The notes under the pieces were generated by a model, which saw only the letters and a program-made list of their open reading frames with translations, was not told the origin of the DNA and did not search any database. A stretch of DNA of 64,000 bases, taken from a virus (taxonomy: Duplodnaviria; Caudoviricetes). Positions within the stretch are counted from its first letter, which is position 1, and the number at the start of each line of letters is the position of its first letter. The position numbers and the translations under genes were made by a program. The stretch spans positions 256,001-320,000 of the IMG/VR virus record IMGVR_UViG_3300027740_000003; one strand, 5' to 3'. Below are positions 51,038-60,318 of this stretch, one piece after another.

Positions 51038-51730
51038 TCAAAGAAGCAAAAATTCGACTGTACTAAGTGTAGATCCCGGAGTTCCAGTGACTATTGCAAT
51101 TCCAGGATGATCTGGAGAAGGTTGCCTTGATGTAAACTTCGCATCCTCTCCAACAAATAAGTTTGCATTTATTGGATACCGTTGTGTTGAATCAAACTGA
51201 TCGGTTTGTCCAATGAACCTCTGAAACCATACCGTAATCCTTCCAGAACCTACCGTAGAATCATCTCCAGGAACATTTGGTACCTGATACGTATAACTAA
51301 CTACCGTTTGTATGGCGTCAGGAATCCCGCTTCCTGTCATATCAGAATTTAATTCTGTCCCGGCCAAAAATGTTATTACTCCATTCCTGGCGTTTAAATA
51401 TACATCCACAGGATCTGAAACGAATGTTCCAGGTAAAATAGAAGCATTTGCCAATTCTGCTTTTACATCAATTGGCGTTATCCACCGTCCAGCTGACATC
51501 ACTCCCTGAATTGGGCCAGCCACAATTACTTCATTTATAGCTACTGTATAAAAAGAGTTAGTTTTTATATCATCAATTACCCCAATAGGACAAGTTCCGT
51601 CTGATACACCACAAACTACGTTATTTCCCATAACTTTTAGTTGGGCTATCATTCCTGGCTGAAATTCAGCTGCCGGATCTACTGGAAATGAAAAAGGAAG
51701 TGAATTTCCGGATTGTGTAATGCGCAACAT
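51038..51730 (-). CDS. Second capsid decoration-like protein
   Basis: DSTVGSGRITVW motif parallels TGAGSGKVTLW of 43689-44357; PIGVIDDIK. Confidence 0.55.
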   Translation of the reverse strand: MLRITQSGNSLPFSFPVDPAAEFQPGMIAQLKVMGNNVVCGVSDGTCPIGVIDDIKTNSFYTVAINEVIVAGPIQGVMSAGRWITPIDVKAELANASILPGTFVSDPVDVYLNARNGVITFLAGTELNSDMTGSGIPDAIQTVVSYTYQVPNVPGDDSTVGSGRITVWFQRFIGQTDQFDSTQRYPINANLFVGEDAKFTSRQPSPDHPGIAIVTGTPGSTLSTVEFLLL

Positions 51731-51757
51731 AGTTAAACCTCTTCTTACCTATATATC

Positions 51758-51792
51758 AAAAAGATGGCCCTTCTGTAAACAAAAGGGCCATC
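51758..51792 (-). terminator. Rho-independent terminator
   Basis: 10-bp stem GATGGCCCTT/AAGGGCCATC followed by TTTTT on the minus strand. Confidence 0.75.
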
Positions 51793-51814
51793 CAAAGTTA
51801 AGTTATTATTTTAT

Positions 51815-52225
51815 TCACCACATAGCTGCCAGCATTTCCGCAGAAGGCACATCTGTTTCCTCATCACCTTTTTCATCTACCGCTACTTCTAACGCCACAT
51901 TTGGATCCGACATCAATAATTCGTATAACTCTCTCTCTTCTGGAGACTCCGTTTCCTCTATCTCAATATCTGGTTCTCTCTGTGCTTTTTTCGCTAATTT
52001 TGCAACCGGTTTTTCTATTTGCGCAATTTCCATCATTCTAACTATTGCATCTGCTTCTTTTGTAAATCCTGCCTTTTCAAAATTATCCGCAGCCTTATTT
52101 AACAATTTTAATGCTTGTAATCTGTTATTTGCTCTGCTTGTTTTTTGTTCAAATGCACCTTTTCGGAGATTTTTATCCATCTCAACAAGAATTTCATCAA
52201 GATTTACAGTATTGTTGCTCCACAT
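51815..52225 (-). CDS. Small acidic head-cluster protein
   Basis: 136 aa with helical-hairpin module. Confidence 0.65.
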   Translation of the reverse strand: MWSNNTVNLDEILVEMDKNLRKGAFEQKTSRANNRLQALKLLNKAADNFEKAGFTKEADAIVRMMEIAQIEKPVAKLAKKAQREPDIEIEETESPEERELYELLMSDPNVALEVAVDEKGDEETDVPSAEMLAAMW

Positions 52226-52441
52226 TTAGTGCCCTGCCATTTTTTCTAATAATACAGTTATTGCCTCGGAGGCCTGAACGTCATTCAATCCATCAAATAT
52301 CTCCGCCGCTCTTGATATGCAACTAATTGCCTCAGATATATATCCAGCCTTTGTTTCTTCTTCGGCCGCATCTGTTCTCATATACCTATCCATTAAACAG
52401 GCTAAATCCTCTGAGGCTTGTTTTATTTTATATTGAACCAT
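52226..52441 (-). CDS. Small head-cluster protein
   Basis: 71 aa, consisting largely of the helical-hairpin module. Confidence 0.65.
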   Translation of the reverse strand: MVQYKIKQASEDLACLMDRYMRTDAAEEETKAGYISEAISCISRAAEIFDGLNDVQASEAITVLLEKMAGH

Positions 52442-53343
52442 TATTTCTTAATCCACTCGTTGATCTCATTCATCAAAGCAATTGCTTTCTTGTTTGTAAT
52501 CTTGCGATTCGCAAAAATATTCAGATCATTTTCGTCTTCTTCCTTCTCTTCGTCCTCATCTTCTTCTTCTTCGTCTTCATCCTCTTTTTCGTCGTCGTCT
52601 TCTTCTTTTTCTTTCTTGTCTTTCTTATCCTTCTTTTCTTCTTTATCATCGGCCGCGAAAAGCTCCGGATCATAAGCATCTATATCTATAGAATCATCTT
52701 CACTTTCTTCTGGAAGCGAATCGGTTTCTAATCCGTGAAATCCGGAAACTCTGCCACCAAGTTCATCTAAAAGCTCAGGATCTTCAAGATCTTCTTCGCC
52801 TTCAGAATCTTCATTAAGTTCCTCTTCAAATTCTCCACCAAAATCACCAAATTGTGCTTCTTTAAGAATTCCATTTAAAAGACCAAGAGCAACAGTTGCA
52901 CTCTTGTCCAATCCAAGATTATCAAGGGCCTCTGAGGTTGTTATTAAGCTATTAACTATATATTCTATAGCCTGTGCTTTTACCTTCTTGTCTACCTCTT
53001 TTTTGTCCTTCTTATCTTTATCCTTCTTATCTTTATCCTTGTCTTTTTTGTCCTTCTTGTCTTTTTTATCTTTCTTATCCTCTTTTTCTTCCTTCTTGTC
53101 TTTCTTTCCAAAAGGAGGAGCTTTCTTACCCTTCTTATCTTCTTTCTCATCCTCTTCGTCGTCTTCGTCGTCTTCATCCTTCTTTTTTGCTACTCGGATG
53201 AATGCCGAATAAGTAGGATCAGCATTAATAACCTGTGAAAAATCTTCTGGCTCAGGTTCAAAAACAGATTTAAATGCAGGATCGTTCAGGATTTTATCCA
53301 TTTCTGCTGCAACAGAATCACCAATTTTAGAATTTTTTAGCAT
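52441..53343 (-). CDS. Highly charged K/D/E low-complexity protein (scaffold or internal head protein candidate)
   Basis: KDKKDKK and EDEEE tracts flanking a helical-hairpin module; AAGGA RBS. Confidence 0.7.
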   Translation of the reverse strand: MLKNSKIGDSVAAEMDKILNDPAFKSVFEPEPEDFSQVINADPTYSAFIRVAKKKDEDDEDDEEDEKEDKKGKKAPPFGKKDKKEEKEDKKDKKDKKDKKDKDKDKKDKDKKDKKEVDKKVKAQAIEYIVNSLITTSEALDNLGLDKSATVALGLLNGILKEAQFGDFGGEFEEELNEDSEGEEDLEDPELLDELGGRVSGFHGLETDSLPEESEDDSIDIDAYDPELFAADDKEEKKDKKDKKEKEEDDDEKEDEDEEEEDEDEEKEEDENDLNIFANRKITNKKAIALMNEINEWIKK

Positions 53344-53393
53344 TGTTTAATCCTTGTTTGGAATATGGGGGCCTCTCGACCCCCACAATTCAA

Positions 53394-56300
53394 TTAATAC
53401 TTACGTCCCGCAAATGCCTGGTCAAATGCATTCTTTAACTCATCGTCATTACTTCTTGGAGAAATATAATCAGTTGATAATGCAACAGACTCTTTAATAC
53501 CTACCTCAGGAAGAGAGGCTGTTTTGGAAGGAATCCTTCCAACTGTCTCCTGAAGATATGCAAAGTTCTCATCAGAACAATTCATAATCTTCTCGACCTG
53601 ACTGCGTAAACTACGTGGGTCCCTGGCAACTAGGCCTCTTGCAGCCATGTCATAAGCAAGTTCATATGCCCTTGCTACCTTGACTTTAAGAGCCTCTTCA
53701 TTTGCAGCTGCTTTCTTTTCAGTTGTCCCTTTAACAAGCTCACTTACCCATCTGCTAGCTTCTGGATCCTTTGCTTCTCCCCAGAACTTCTTCCAATAAG
53801 ATACCGCTGCCGCATCAAGCCCCTCAGCAATCAAACCTGGGAAATCTGTCTTTGGATCAATTGTTCCTGCAAGAACTAGTTTCTGAATCTTCTCAGCTGC
53901 TTCCCTAACCTTGCCAGGTGCTTTAGTTGCTACTTCCATTGCCTTTGTATGGACTTCTTCAAGATCCTCTACCTTGGCAAGATCACCAGTTGGCTTGGTA
54001 TCAAGGTCGGTTGTAAACCCGCCCTGAGGATGTGCTTTCGATAACATGTCAGAGAAGGTAGTTCCTTTTTGGGCAAGTTTGGTCCGTAAAATATCTCTCT
54101 CTTCTCTTGTCATATTTGCAATCCTCTTTGTTGATGCTTTTGTCTTAAGTGTCTCTGCTACCTCCGTTGGAGTACCTTCTAAATCTGCTGAACCGTCTTC
54201 GTTTACCTGTACCTTGAGATCATTGCTGTCTCCACAACCAATACAGCCTTCTTCTAATACGTTCATTAGTTCATCAAGATCGTTGCTGTCTGATGCTCTC
54301 TGACCAGCTGTTGGTCTTGGTGTAATACGTTGTCCTGCATCTGGGGCTACTGGAGGAGCCACTACTGGTGCTTTTCCAGAACCTTCTTGCAAAGAATTAG
54401 AGCCCGTTGAACCTACTGGAAGAGTTCCTGTTGGCAACCTCTGTGGTTTTTGATCAATAACATCTGGAATCTCTTGAGCAGTCTTCTTAAGATTAGTAAT
54501 AGCATTTGCATATCTAACAAATGAAACCATCATCTTGTGTCCAGCCGATTTTGCTTTCTCAATGTCTGGCGATGCGTCTACAAGAAGTTCCGTAGTCATT
54601 CTAGCAGAGCTAGCTGTTCCATCACTATTAACCTTCTCAATTAGCTTTAACTCATCAGTCATATCAGAGATTTCAGCAAGAGCTTGCTTAATTCCCTTAC
54701 GAAGACCATAACTAAGAGTCTTACGCATTGAACCAAGAGTAGTTGATGCTGTTGCTACTGGTACCTCTGGAACATCCAGATCTCCTGCCTGCTCTTCTTC
54801 ATCAAGAGCTTCAACTGCTTTTTCAAGATCAGCAGAAAGATTACCTAGTTCACGAACCTTATCTTTAACCTGATCTGCTGGAGAACCCGTCTCTCCTGTT
54901 GGCTCAAAATCACCATCCGGAGGAACCGCAGCTGCTGGATTTGCAGCAGGTGTTTCGCCTGGTCCAGGAAGTGCCGGAGCAGGAGCCTGTGCTCTCTTAA
55001 CAGAAGCATTTGCTAATACTCCCTGTGATGCAGGAACTACTGTCCCAACATCTTCAATTTCAAATGGAAGATTATATCCCTGAGCAGCAAGATCTCCCCA
55101 TTCGTCAGTAGATAATGGTCTAGTTTGACCATTTGGCATCTTTACAACGAAATCGGAAGATGTATATGCTGTTTTTACTGATGCAGTGGCGTTTATTGGT
55201 CCAAGATTAACAGCTTGCCTTGCGGTATTAACAACTGCTAATAGCTCCTGCATTTCATTAGACATAAGTATTGTTCTTGCAGTAGACAGTTCTTTATTAA
55301 TTGAAGCTGATATGTCTTTACCCTGCATAAAACTAATAACTTGTCCCCAATTTCCATTAGTGTTAGCTACCTGAACTTTATAATGCAAATTAACAAGTGT
55401 CATTAAATTTGCGGCGCGGAGTTTATCACGAAGGCCTGTGCCTGCTCTATTTGGTTGGAAAGCTCCGGGACCAGCCGACTCACCAGCATCAGAATGTCTT
55501 CCTGCATTAAAGTCGCCACCAGCATAAGGATGTTCACTAGGGCTCTGGGCACCTTTAAAAATTGCCTTGGCTGTATTCACACCCTCACTTCGGATTACAT
55601 CAATCATCTTTAGACCGTAATCTTTAGTAGCAATGCTAGAATAAAGAGAAGCAACTCTTTCCTGTCCAGCTAATTCTCCAACTGTTGCAGAGAATACTAG
55701 GCGGCTCTTGCTATCATCGCCCTTAGCATATACTTGCCACTGCGAATCAGCAAGGTTATCAGAACCATCTTCATTAGAGGCTTTAATGAACTTTGCATTC
55801 AGTTTAGCTCTATTAATAAGTTTCTTGGTTTTCTCATCGTCTCCATAAAGGCCATCAATTTTTCCGACGCTGGGGAATGGAGAAGCTCCAACCATCTGCT
55901 TATCTTCTTTATCACGAATTTTATCTGAATCTTCTTTTGGATACTTTGGCTTGCCAGGAGTTGGCTCATTAACATCCCCACCACCCTGGAAGTAAGCTTC
56001 TCGCTTCCTTTGAATATTTTGCTGAGCTTTTTCTAAAGCAGCTTGTCTGCGAAAACTTCTTGCCTCAGCCTCAGAAGCAGCCCTCAGAAGCTCTTTCTTT
56101 TTCGCTTCGTCATCACCCCAAAGACCATCAGAACCTTCCTCGGAAGTCCCGAGCATCTGCTTGTCTTGAGTATTACGAATCGAGTCAGCTTCTTCTTTTG
56201 GATATTTGACCTGACCGGGAGCTGGTTCATTTACTCCGCCACCACCCTGAAAATAAGCACTCTTCTGATTAGCCATTACTGTATCCTTTTTGTTTTTGTT

Positions 56301-57404
56301 ATTGCTCTCTTTAACAGAAGCCATTTTATTGATAAACAAATCTAATTTTTCTATCTTTTCTTTCAAAATATTTAACTCACTTGCATATCTGGCCGTATTT
56401 GCAGCCTGAGGAACATTTCCTTCTGGAACCTGCTCTCCTGAAATTTCTTTCATCTCAGGACTAACTCCCCTTTGAGCATAAGGGTCCTCTCCTACTAATA
56501 TCTCATTATTAGCTATTTGCTGTAATTCTTTTCTAATTTGTTCTGCTTCTATAATTGCAGCATCAGTTGTTATACCTGCTTCGTCCAATTTTTGCTTATC
56601 ATCATAAGCTGCAACTTTATCAGCTGCTGCAATTACTCTACGAATCTTTGCTCCAGGATCCGCTCCATTTACAACAATAGATAATTCAATTGGAGAAAGG
56701 TCTACGTTAATCTCTCCATAACCACTTTTTGATTTCATGTGTTGACAAAAATCAGACTCAACTCTGGCAACACGATGACAGCCTTTTTCAGTACATATTG
56801 CTCTACCAACAGCTACTCCCATCGAGACGTCAGCAGAATATCCACTAGCTACCTTTCTTGCTAAATCAGGATAATTCTCTTTATCCAAAGCACATAAAGC
56901 AATAATACGCTGTCTCTTGTCATCCCAGACAGTATCAACAATAACTCCACGAATATAATCTACAGAACTTGATTTATGATCTAGACAAAGGGGTTTTCCA
57001 ATCCATTTCTTGAATGCTTTTTTAAGCTCTTTTGCTGGGAAAATATCTCTATTTGCATTTTTATAACCGCCAATAGAAGAATCGTTGCAATGCCATATCC
57101 AACTTCCATCTGTAGTTTCTTCCCAACTAGATTGAACATCCTCTCCATTAGCAGTCTTTTTTAAATTCCCATCGTCATCTAGCAAAGCAGCTTCAGCTGC
57201 GTGCATCATAATACAAGTAAAATAAAGAAAACCATTTGCTTTTGGAGCAATTCTCTTTCCAGAAGCATCTACGGCTTCTTTCTTTAAGAAGGCAACTTTT
57301 TCTTTAAAATATTGAATTACTTCAGGATCTTCATCTAAAGATGATGAATCAAGAAATCTATTATTTGCAATATGTGCGCTTGCAATTTTGATAATTCTAT
57401 TCAT
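53394..57404 (-). CDS. Prohead protease fused to long scaffold-like region
   Basis: Protease-like motifs NANRDIFP..EL, KPLCLDH, VSMG, ELSIVVNGADPGAKI; start reassigned to ATG 57404 (GGAG RBS). Confidence 0.8.
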   Translation of the reverse strand: MNRIIKIASAHIANNRFLDSSSLDEDPEVIQYFKEKVAFLKKEAVDASGKRIAPKANGFLYFTCIMMHAAEAALLDDDGNLKKTANGEDVQSSWEETTDGSWIWHCNDSSIGGYKNANRDIFPAKELKKAFKKWIGKPLCLDHKSSSVDYIRGVIVDTVWDDKRQRIIALCALDKENYPDLARKVASGYSADVSMGVAVGRAICTEKGCHRVARVESDFCQHMKSKSGYGEINVDLSPIELSIVVNGADPGAKIRRVIAAADKVAAYDDKQKLDEAGITTDAAIIEAEQIRKELQQIANNEILVGEDPYAQRGVSPEMKEISGEQVPEGNVPQAANTARYASELNILKEKIEKLDLFINKMASVKESNNKNKKDTVMANQKSAYFQGGGGVNEPAPGQVKYPKEEADSIRNTQDKQMLGTSEEGSDGLWGDDEAKKKELLRAASEAEARSFRRQAALEKAQQNIQRKREAYFQGGGDVNEPTPGKPKYPKEDSDKIRDKEDKQMVGASPFPSVGKIDGLYGDDEKTKKLINRAKLNAKFIKASNEDGSDNLADSQWQVYAKGDDSKSRLVFSATVGELAGQERVASLYSSIATKDYGLKMIDVIRSEGVNTAKAIFKGAQSPSEHPYAGGDFNAGRHSDAGESAGPGAFQPNRAGTGLRDKLRAANLMTLVNLHYKVQVANTNGNWGQVISFMQGKDISASINKELSTARTILMSNEMQELLAVVNTARQAVNLGPINATASVKTAYTSSDFVVKMPNGQTRPLSTDEWGDLAAQGYNLPFEIEDVGTVVPASQGVLANASVKRAQAPAPALPGPGETPAANPAAAVPPDGDFEPTGETGSPADQVKDKVRELGNLSADLEKAVEALDEEEQAGDLDVPEVPVATASTTLGSMRKTLSYGLRKGIKQALAEISDMTDELKLIEKVNSDGTASSARMTTELLVDASPDIEKAKSAGHKMMVSFVRYANAITNLKKTAQEIPDVIDQKPQRLPTGTLPVGSTGSNSLQEGSGKAPVVAPPVAPDAGQRITPRPTAGQRASDSNDLDELMNVLEEGCIGCGDSNDLKVQVNEDGSADLEGTPTEVAETLKTKASTKRIANMTREERDILRTKLAQKGTTFSDMLSKAHPQGGFTTDLDTKPTGDLAKVEDLEEVHTKAMEVATKAPGKVREAAEKIQKLVLAGTIDPKTDFPGLIAEGLDAAAVSYWKKFWGEAKDPEASRWVSELVKGTTEKKAAANEEALKVKVARAYELAYDMAARGLVARDPRSLRSQVEKIMNCSDENFAYLQETVGRIPSKTASLPEVGIKESVALSTDYISPRSNDDELKNAFDQAFAGRKY
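55806..56264 (-). repeat. Internal duplication (about 65 aa, 87-codon period) in protease gene
   Basis: AYFQGGGGVNEPAPGQVKYPKEEADSIRNTQDKQMLG versus AYFQGGGDVNEPTPGKPKYPKEDSDKIRDKEDKQMVG. Confidence 0.9.
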
Positions 57405-57539
57405 ATTACTCCAATGAACTGCCCCCACTTAAAAGTGGGACTTCCTATTGATATAATCTCAAGGCATTTTGATTCGGGTTGTTCCAACCCGAATTGGATT
57501 ATTTCTAATCCTTTTATTATGTCCTATAATGCCCTGTGT

Positions 57540-57662
57540 TTACTTGTCTTTCTTCTCCTGAGCTTCTTTAATTTTCTGACGAGTTTCTTCATCATCGACA
57601 GGTTTAACATTTTCTGGCAATACGTCTATTACTTCTACTTTTCCACGTTTGATTATTGGCAT
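57540..57662 (-). CDS. 40-aa small protein (not in ORF track)
   Basis: AAGGAG RBS; MPIIKRGKVEVIDVLPENVKPVDDEETRQKIKEAQEKKDK; fills the gap between two genes. Confidence 0.65.
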   Translation of the reverse strand: MPIIKRGKVEVIDVLPENVKPVDDEETRQKIKEAQEKKDK

Positions 57663-57672
57663 ATACTCTCCT

Positions 57673-58305
57673 TTACATCATCTTCTTCAATTTTTCTTCT
57701 CGATCTTTATATAACCTACTTATTGATGGTTCTTGCTCAGATATGTCTAGATGATATTTTTCACTTGCCCCATCTAGCCAGCTCTTAGACAACACATTAT
57801 TATTTATATGATCTATCATTCTGTCTTCAATAAGTTTTTTAAATTCAGCTATTTCTTTTTTTAAATTTTCCATTCCTGAAATAACCTTATTTCTAAAATC
57901 ATTTGATTCCCAATCAGATAAAATATGGGTCAAGTTATCTTCTTGTTTTTCAATATCTCCAAAATCATCTGTAAAAGTAGAAATAATCTCTGTAATATCT
58001 GTATCAGAAGAGAAATGTTTTAAATCTTTTATGCACAAAACAGCCATTTGGCTTAATTCATCAAAATTTTCATTAATTTGATTAATATATTTCCACAGAG
58101 ATCCTCTATATTTATTAACCGATTCTTCTGAAACAGTTTGATGTTCTTTAAAAGGATTATATAATAGATTAAGATGCTTGTTAAAAGAGTCTAATTTCTT
58201 TACTAATTTTTCAAGGCGCAGAACAAGTCTAGCTGCAACTTTTTTATCAACATCTGGAATATCCATTGACAATTCAATTGTCTCTGCTAATTTACGAAGG
58301 GTCAT
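57673..58305 (-). CDS. Hypothetical coiled-coil protein
   Basis: 210-aa helical-looking ORF. Confidence 0.65.
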   Translation of the reverse strand: MTLRKLAETIELSMDIPDVDKKVAARLVLRLEKLVKKLDSFNKHLNLLYNPFKEHQTVSEESVNKYRGSLWKYINQINENFDELSQMAVLCIKDLKHFSSDTDITEIISTFTDDFGDIEKQEDNLTHILSDWESNDFRNKVISGMENLKKEIAEFKKLIEDRMIDHINNNVLSKSWLDGASEKYHLDISEQEPSISRLYKDREEKLKKMM

Positions 58306-58316
58306 GATATAATACC

Positions 58317-60005
58317 TTATAATTGCACGTAGCCGGCTGATTCAGAATTACTGGCAGCATTTGGTGATCCAGATGCTCCACTTGGTGTCATAAATGTATT
58401 TGATAACTGTCCTCCGTCATATGTTCTACCAAGTCCTACATCAGATATGCCTTTGGGTTGATGTGGAGGATTTTGCTGTTCTTTTTCTTCAAGAAGTTTC
58501 ATGAGCTTTTCTCTACGTTTCCTTCTTATTTCTGCTTTTTCTATATAACCCGGAATAAGACCAGCTGGCAAAGACTCTGCATATGGAGATCCAGGTGGCC
58601 CTCCACCAAGAAATGCATCATTCTTATCTTCTTCCATTTTCTTTTCCATTTCCTCTAAATAATCATAATACTTATCATTTTCTGTTAAATGATCTTCGGT
58701 TATTTCTTTTCTTAATTTCAGATCTGGAGTATGTTCTTTTTCTATTTTAATTCCTTTTTCAATCTGTTTTGGATCAAAAAAATGTTTTTTTGAATTATCA
58801 GATAATCCACCAGGCAACTGGTCTGCTATCTTTAATAGTCTATTTATAAACCTTCTTCTAGCAATTTTATTATTAAATAATGTTTGTTGTTTTTTCAATT
58901 CACCAATTGTATAGCTTAAACCGGGATGAAGATTTCCCGGCAATTGATTCAGTGGAAACCATTGATAATCATCATTTTCCCAATTTAATTTAATCATTGG
59001 CGCCCACCTTTCTTTTTCATTTTTTGTTATATTATAGATAAATGTTTTGTATGTAAAACCGCCATCAGAAAAGGTTGTTTCCCCTAATTTTTTTTCTATT
59101 GTTGGTAAAGATCCTAATTCTTCTCTAACTTCCTCTTCCGCAGAATTAATAAATACATTAATTTCTGGATCTGGAAGGTTCTCTTCAGAATCTGAGTAAT
59201 GATCTCCTAGTTCTTTTACAGCACCCCCCGCGACCCCCCAATTCCCACCCATATGAACATATTCAGATCTTTTTAAAAGCAATATTGTATTGTCTTCAAG
59301 ACAAATAAAAATTATTCCAGAAGCTTTCTTTCCCCAATAAGAAGCAGCCGTTTTTGGTGTTGGATATTTTTCCTTCAAAGGATCAATCCACTGATTTCCA
59401 AAACCTATATTATCCGCCCAAAATCCCCCATCAGAATTTGTTGTAGAAACCAAAGAGCCTTGACCATATCCCAAATCCTTAACAGCAGAAACAACATCAT
59501 CGGCCTGATTTGTTTCTACAGTTTCTTTTGTTTTAGGAACACAACCTAGAACACGATCCATACTAGCTTTTGCCACCGGCGATATTCCACCAGTTCCATA
59601 TCCAATATTTTTTTCGACTTCTTTAATAGTTTGACAAGGTTCGTGTCTTTTTACTTTAATCAACCATGAAGCAACAGCAAAACCAACACGATCTTTTCCA
59701 GCCCTACAATGTATCAATATAGGTCTTTGTGGTGTTCCGGGAATATAATCCATTATATTGTTGAATAATGTTGAGGCCTCTCCTGCTGGAGATCCCGGAT
59801 TAATATGAAACATCATATGGTGGAATAATCTTCTGTTCTTCCCACTCATATCGTTAATTCTCTGAGACACTCTTTTTGCAGAATCCCTGTCTAAAGACAA
59901 TATGTCTCTGATATGATAAGTTCTATAAGCATTTATTAAATCAGCAGACATTGGCTCTTCGCTGGTAAATATGCCATATTGTTGATAAGTTGTATTAATT
60001 GGCAC
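58317..60005 (-). CDS. Fusion: Cys-based (PTP/DSP) phosphatase + NUDIX-like + DUF5661-like domain
   Basis: HCRAGKDR P-loop; ILLLKRS..V..GGNWGVAGG...EEEVREELG; QIEKGIKIEKEHT...EITEDHLTENDKYY. Confidence 0.8.
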   Translation of the reverse strand: MPINTTYQQYGIFTSEEPMSADLINAYRTYHIRDILSLDRDSAKRVSQRINDMSGKNRRLFHHMMFHINPGSPAGEASTLFNNIMDYIPGTPQRPILIHCRAGKDRVGFAVASWLIKVKRHEPCQTIKEVEKNIGYGTGGISPVAKASMDRVLGCVPKTKETVETNQADDVVSAVKDLGYGQGSLVSTTNSDGGFWADNIGFGNQWIDPLKEKYPTPKTAASYWGKKASGIIFICLEDNTILLLKRSEYVHMGGNWGVAGGAVKELGDHYSDSEENLPDPEINVFINSAEEEVREELGSLPTIEKKLGETTFSDGGFTYKTFIYNITKNEKERWAPMIKLNWENDDYQWFPLNQLPGNLHPGLSYTIGELKKQQTLFNNKIARRRFINRLLKIADQLPGGLSDNSKKHFFDPKQIEKGIKIEKEHTPDLKLRKEITEDHLTENDKYYDYLEEMEKKMEEDKNDAFLGGGPPGSPYAESLPAGLIPGYIEKAEIRRKRREKLMKLLEEKEQQNPPHQPKGISDVGLGRTYDGGQLSNTFMTPSGASGSPNAASNSESAGYVQL

Positions 60006-60006
60006 G

Positions 60007-60318
60007 TTATAACCTCTTTACTACTTCGTTAATTACAGATCTTACATATCCAGATTGTTTTCCATTTAATAATGTTTTCATAAACGTTATTGCTTGACCG
60101 ATTGCTGCTGTATCTGGGGACTTCTTAGAAGATATATCATATTCATTTAAATTCCATATTTTGTGTCTAACTCTCATTAATGCATATGGTCTTTTTTGAT
60201 AAGATATTTTGCTTAGTATAAATCTAATTATTTCAGCAATATTTTTTCCAGTTATTTCTATATCAGATGCTGCCATTGCTGCTTGGCCAAGCTTTAAAAT
60301 GCGCCACACTTGACTCAT
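60007..60318 (-). CDS. Hypothetical protein
   Basis: 103-aa ORF in head cluster. Confidence 0.6.
   Translation of the reverse strand: MSQVWRILKLGQAAMAASDIEITGKNIAEIIRFILSKISYQKRPYALMRVRHKIWNLNEYDISSKKSPDTAAIGQAITFMKTLLNGKQSGYVRSVINEVVKRL

Noticed and set aside
52560-53190. Tandem nucleotide repeats as CRISPR or origin iterons
   Set aside because: They are low-complexity Lys/Asp/Glu codons in an open frame; no constant repeat-spacer structure.
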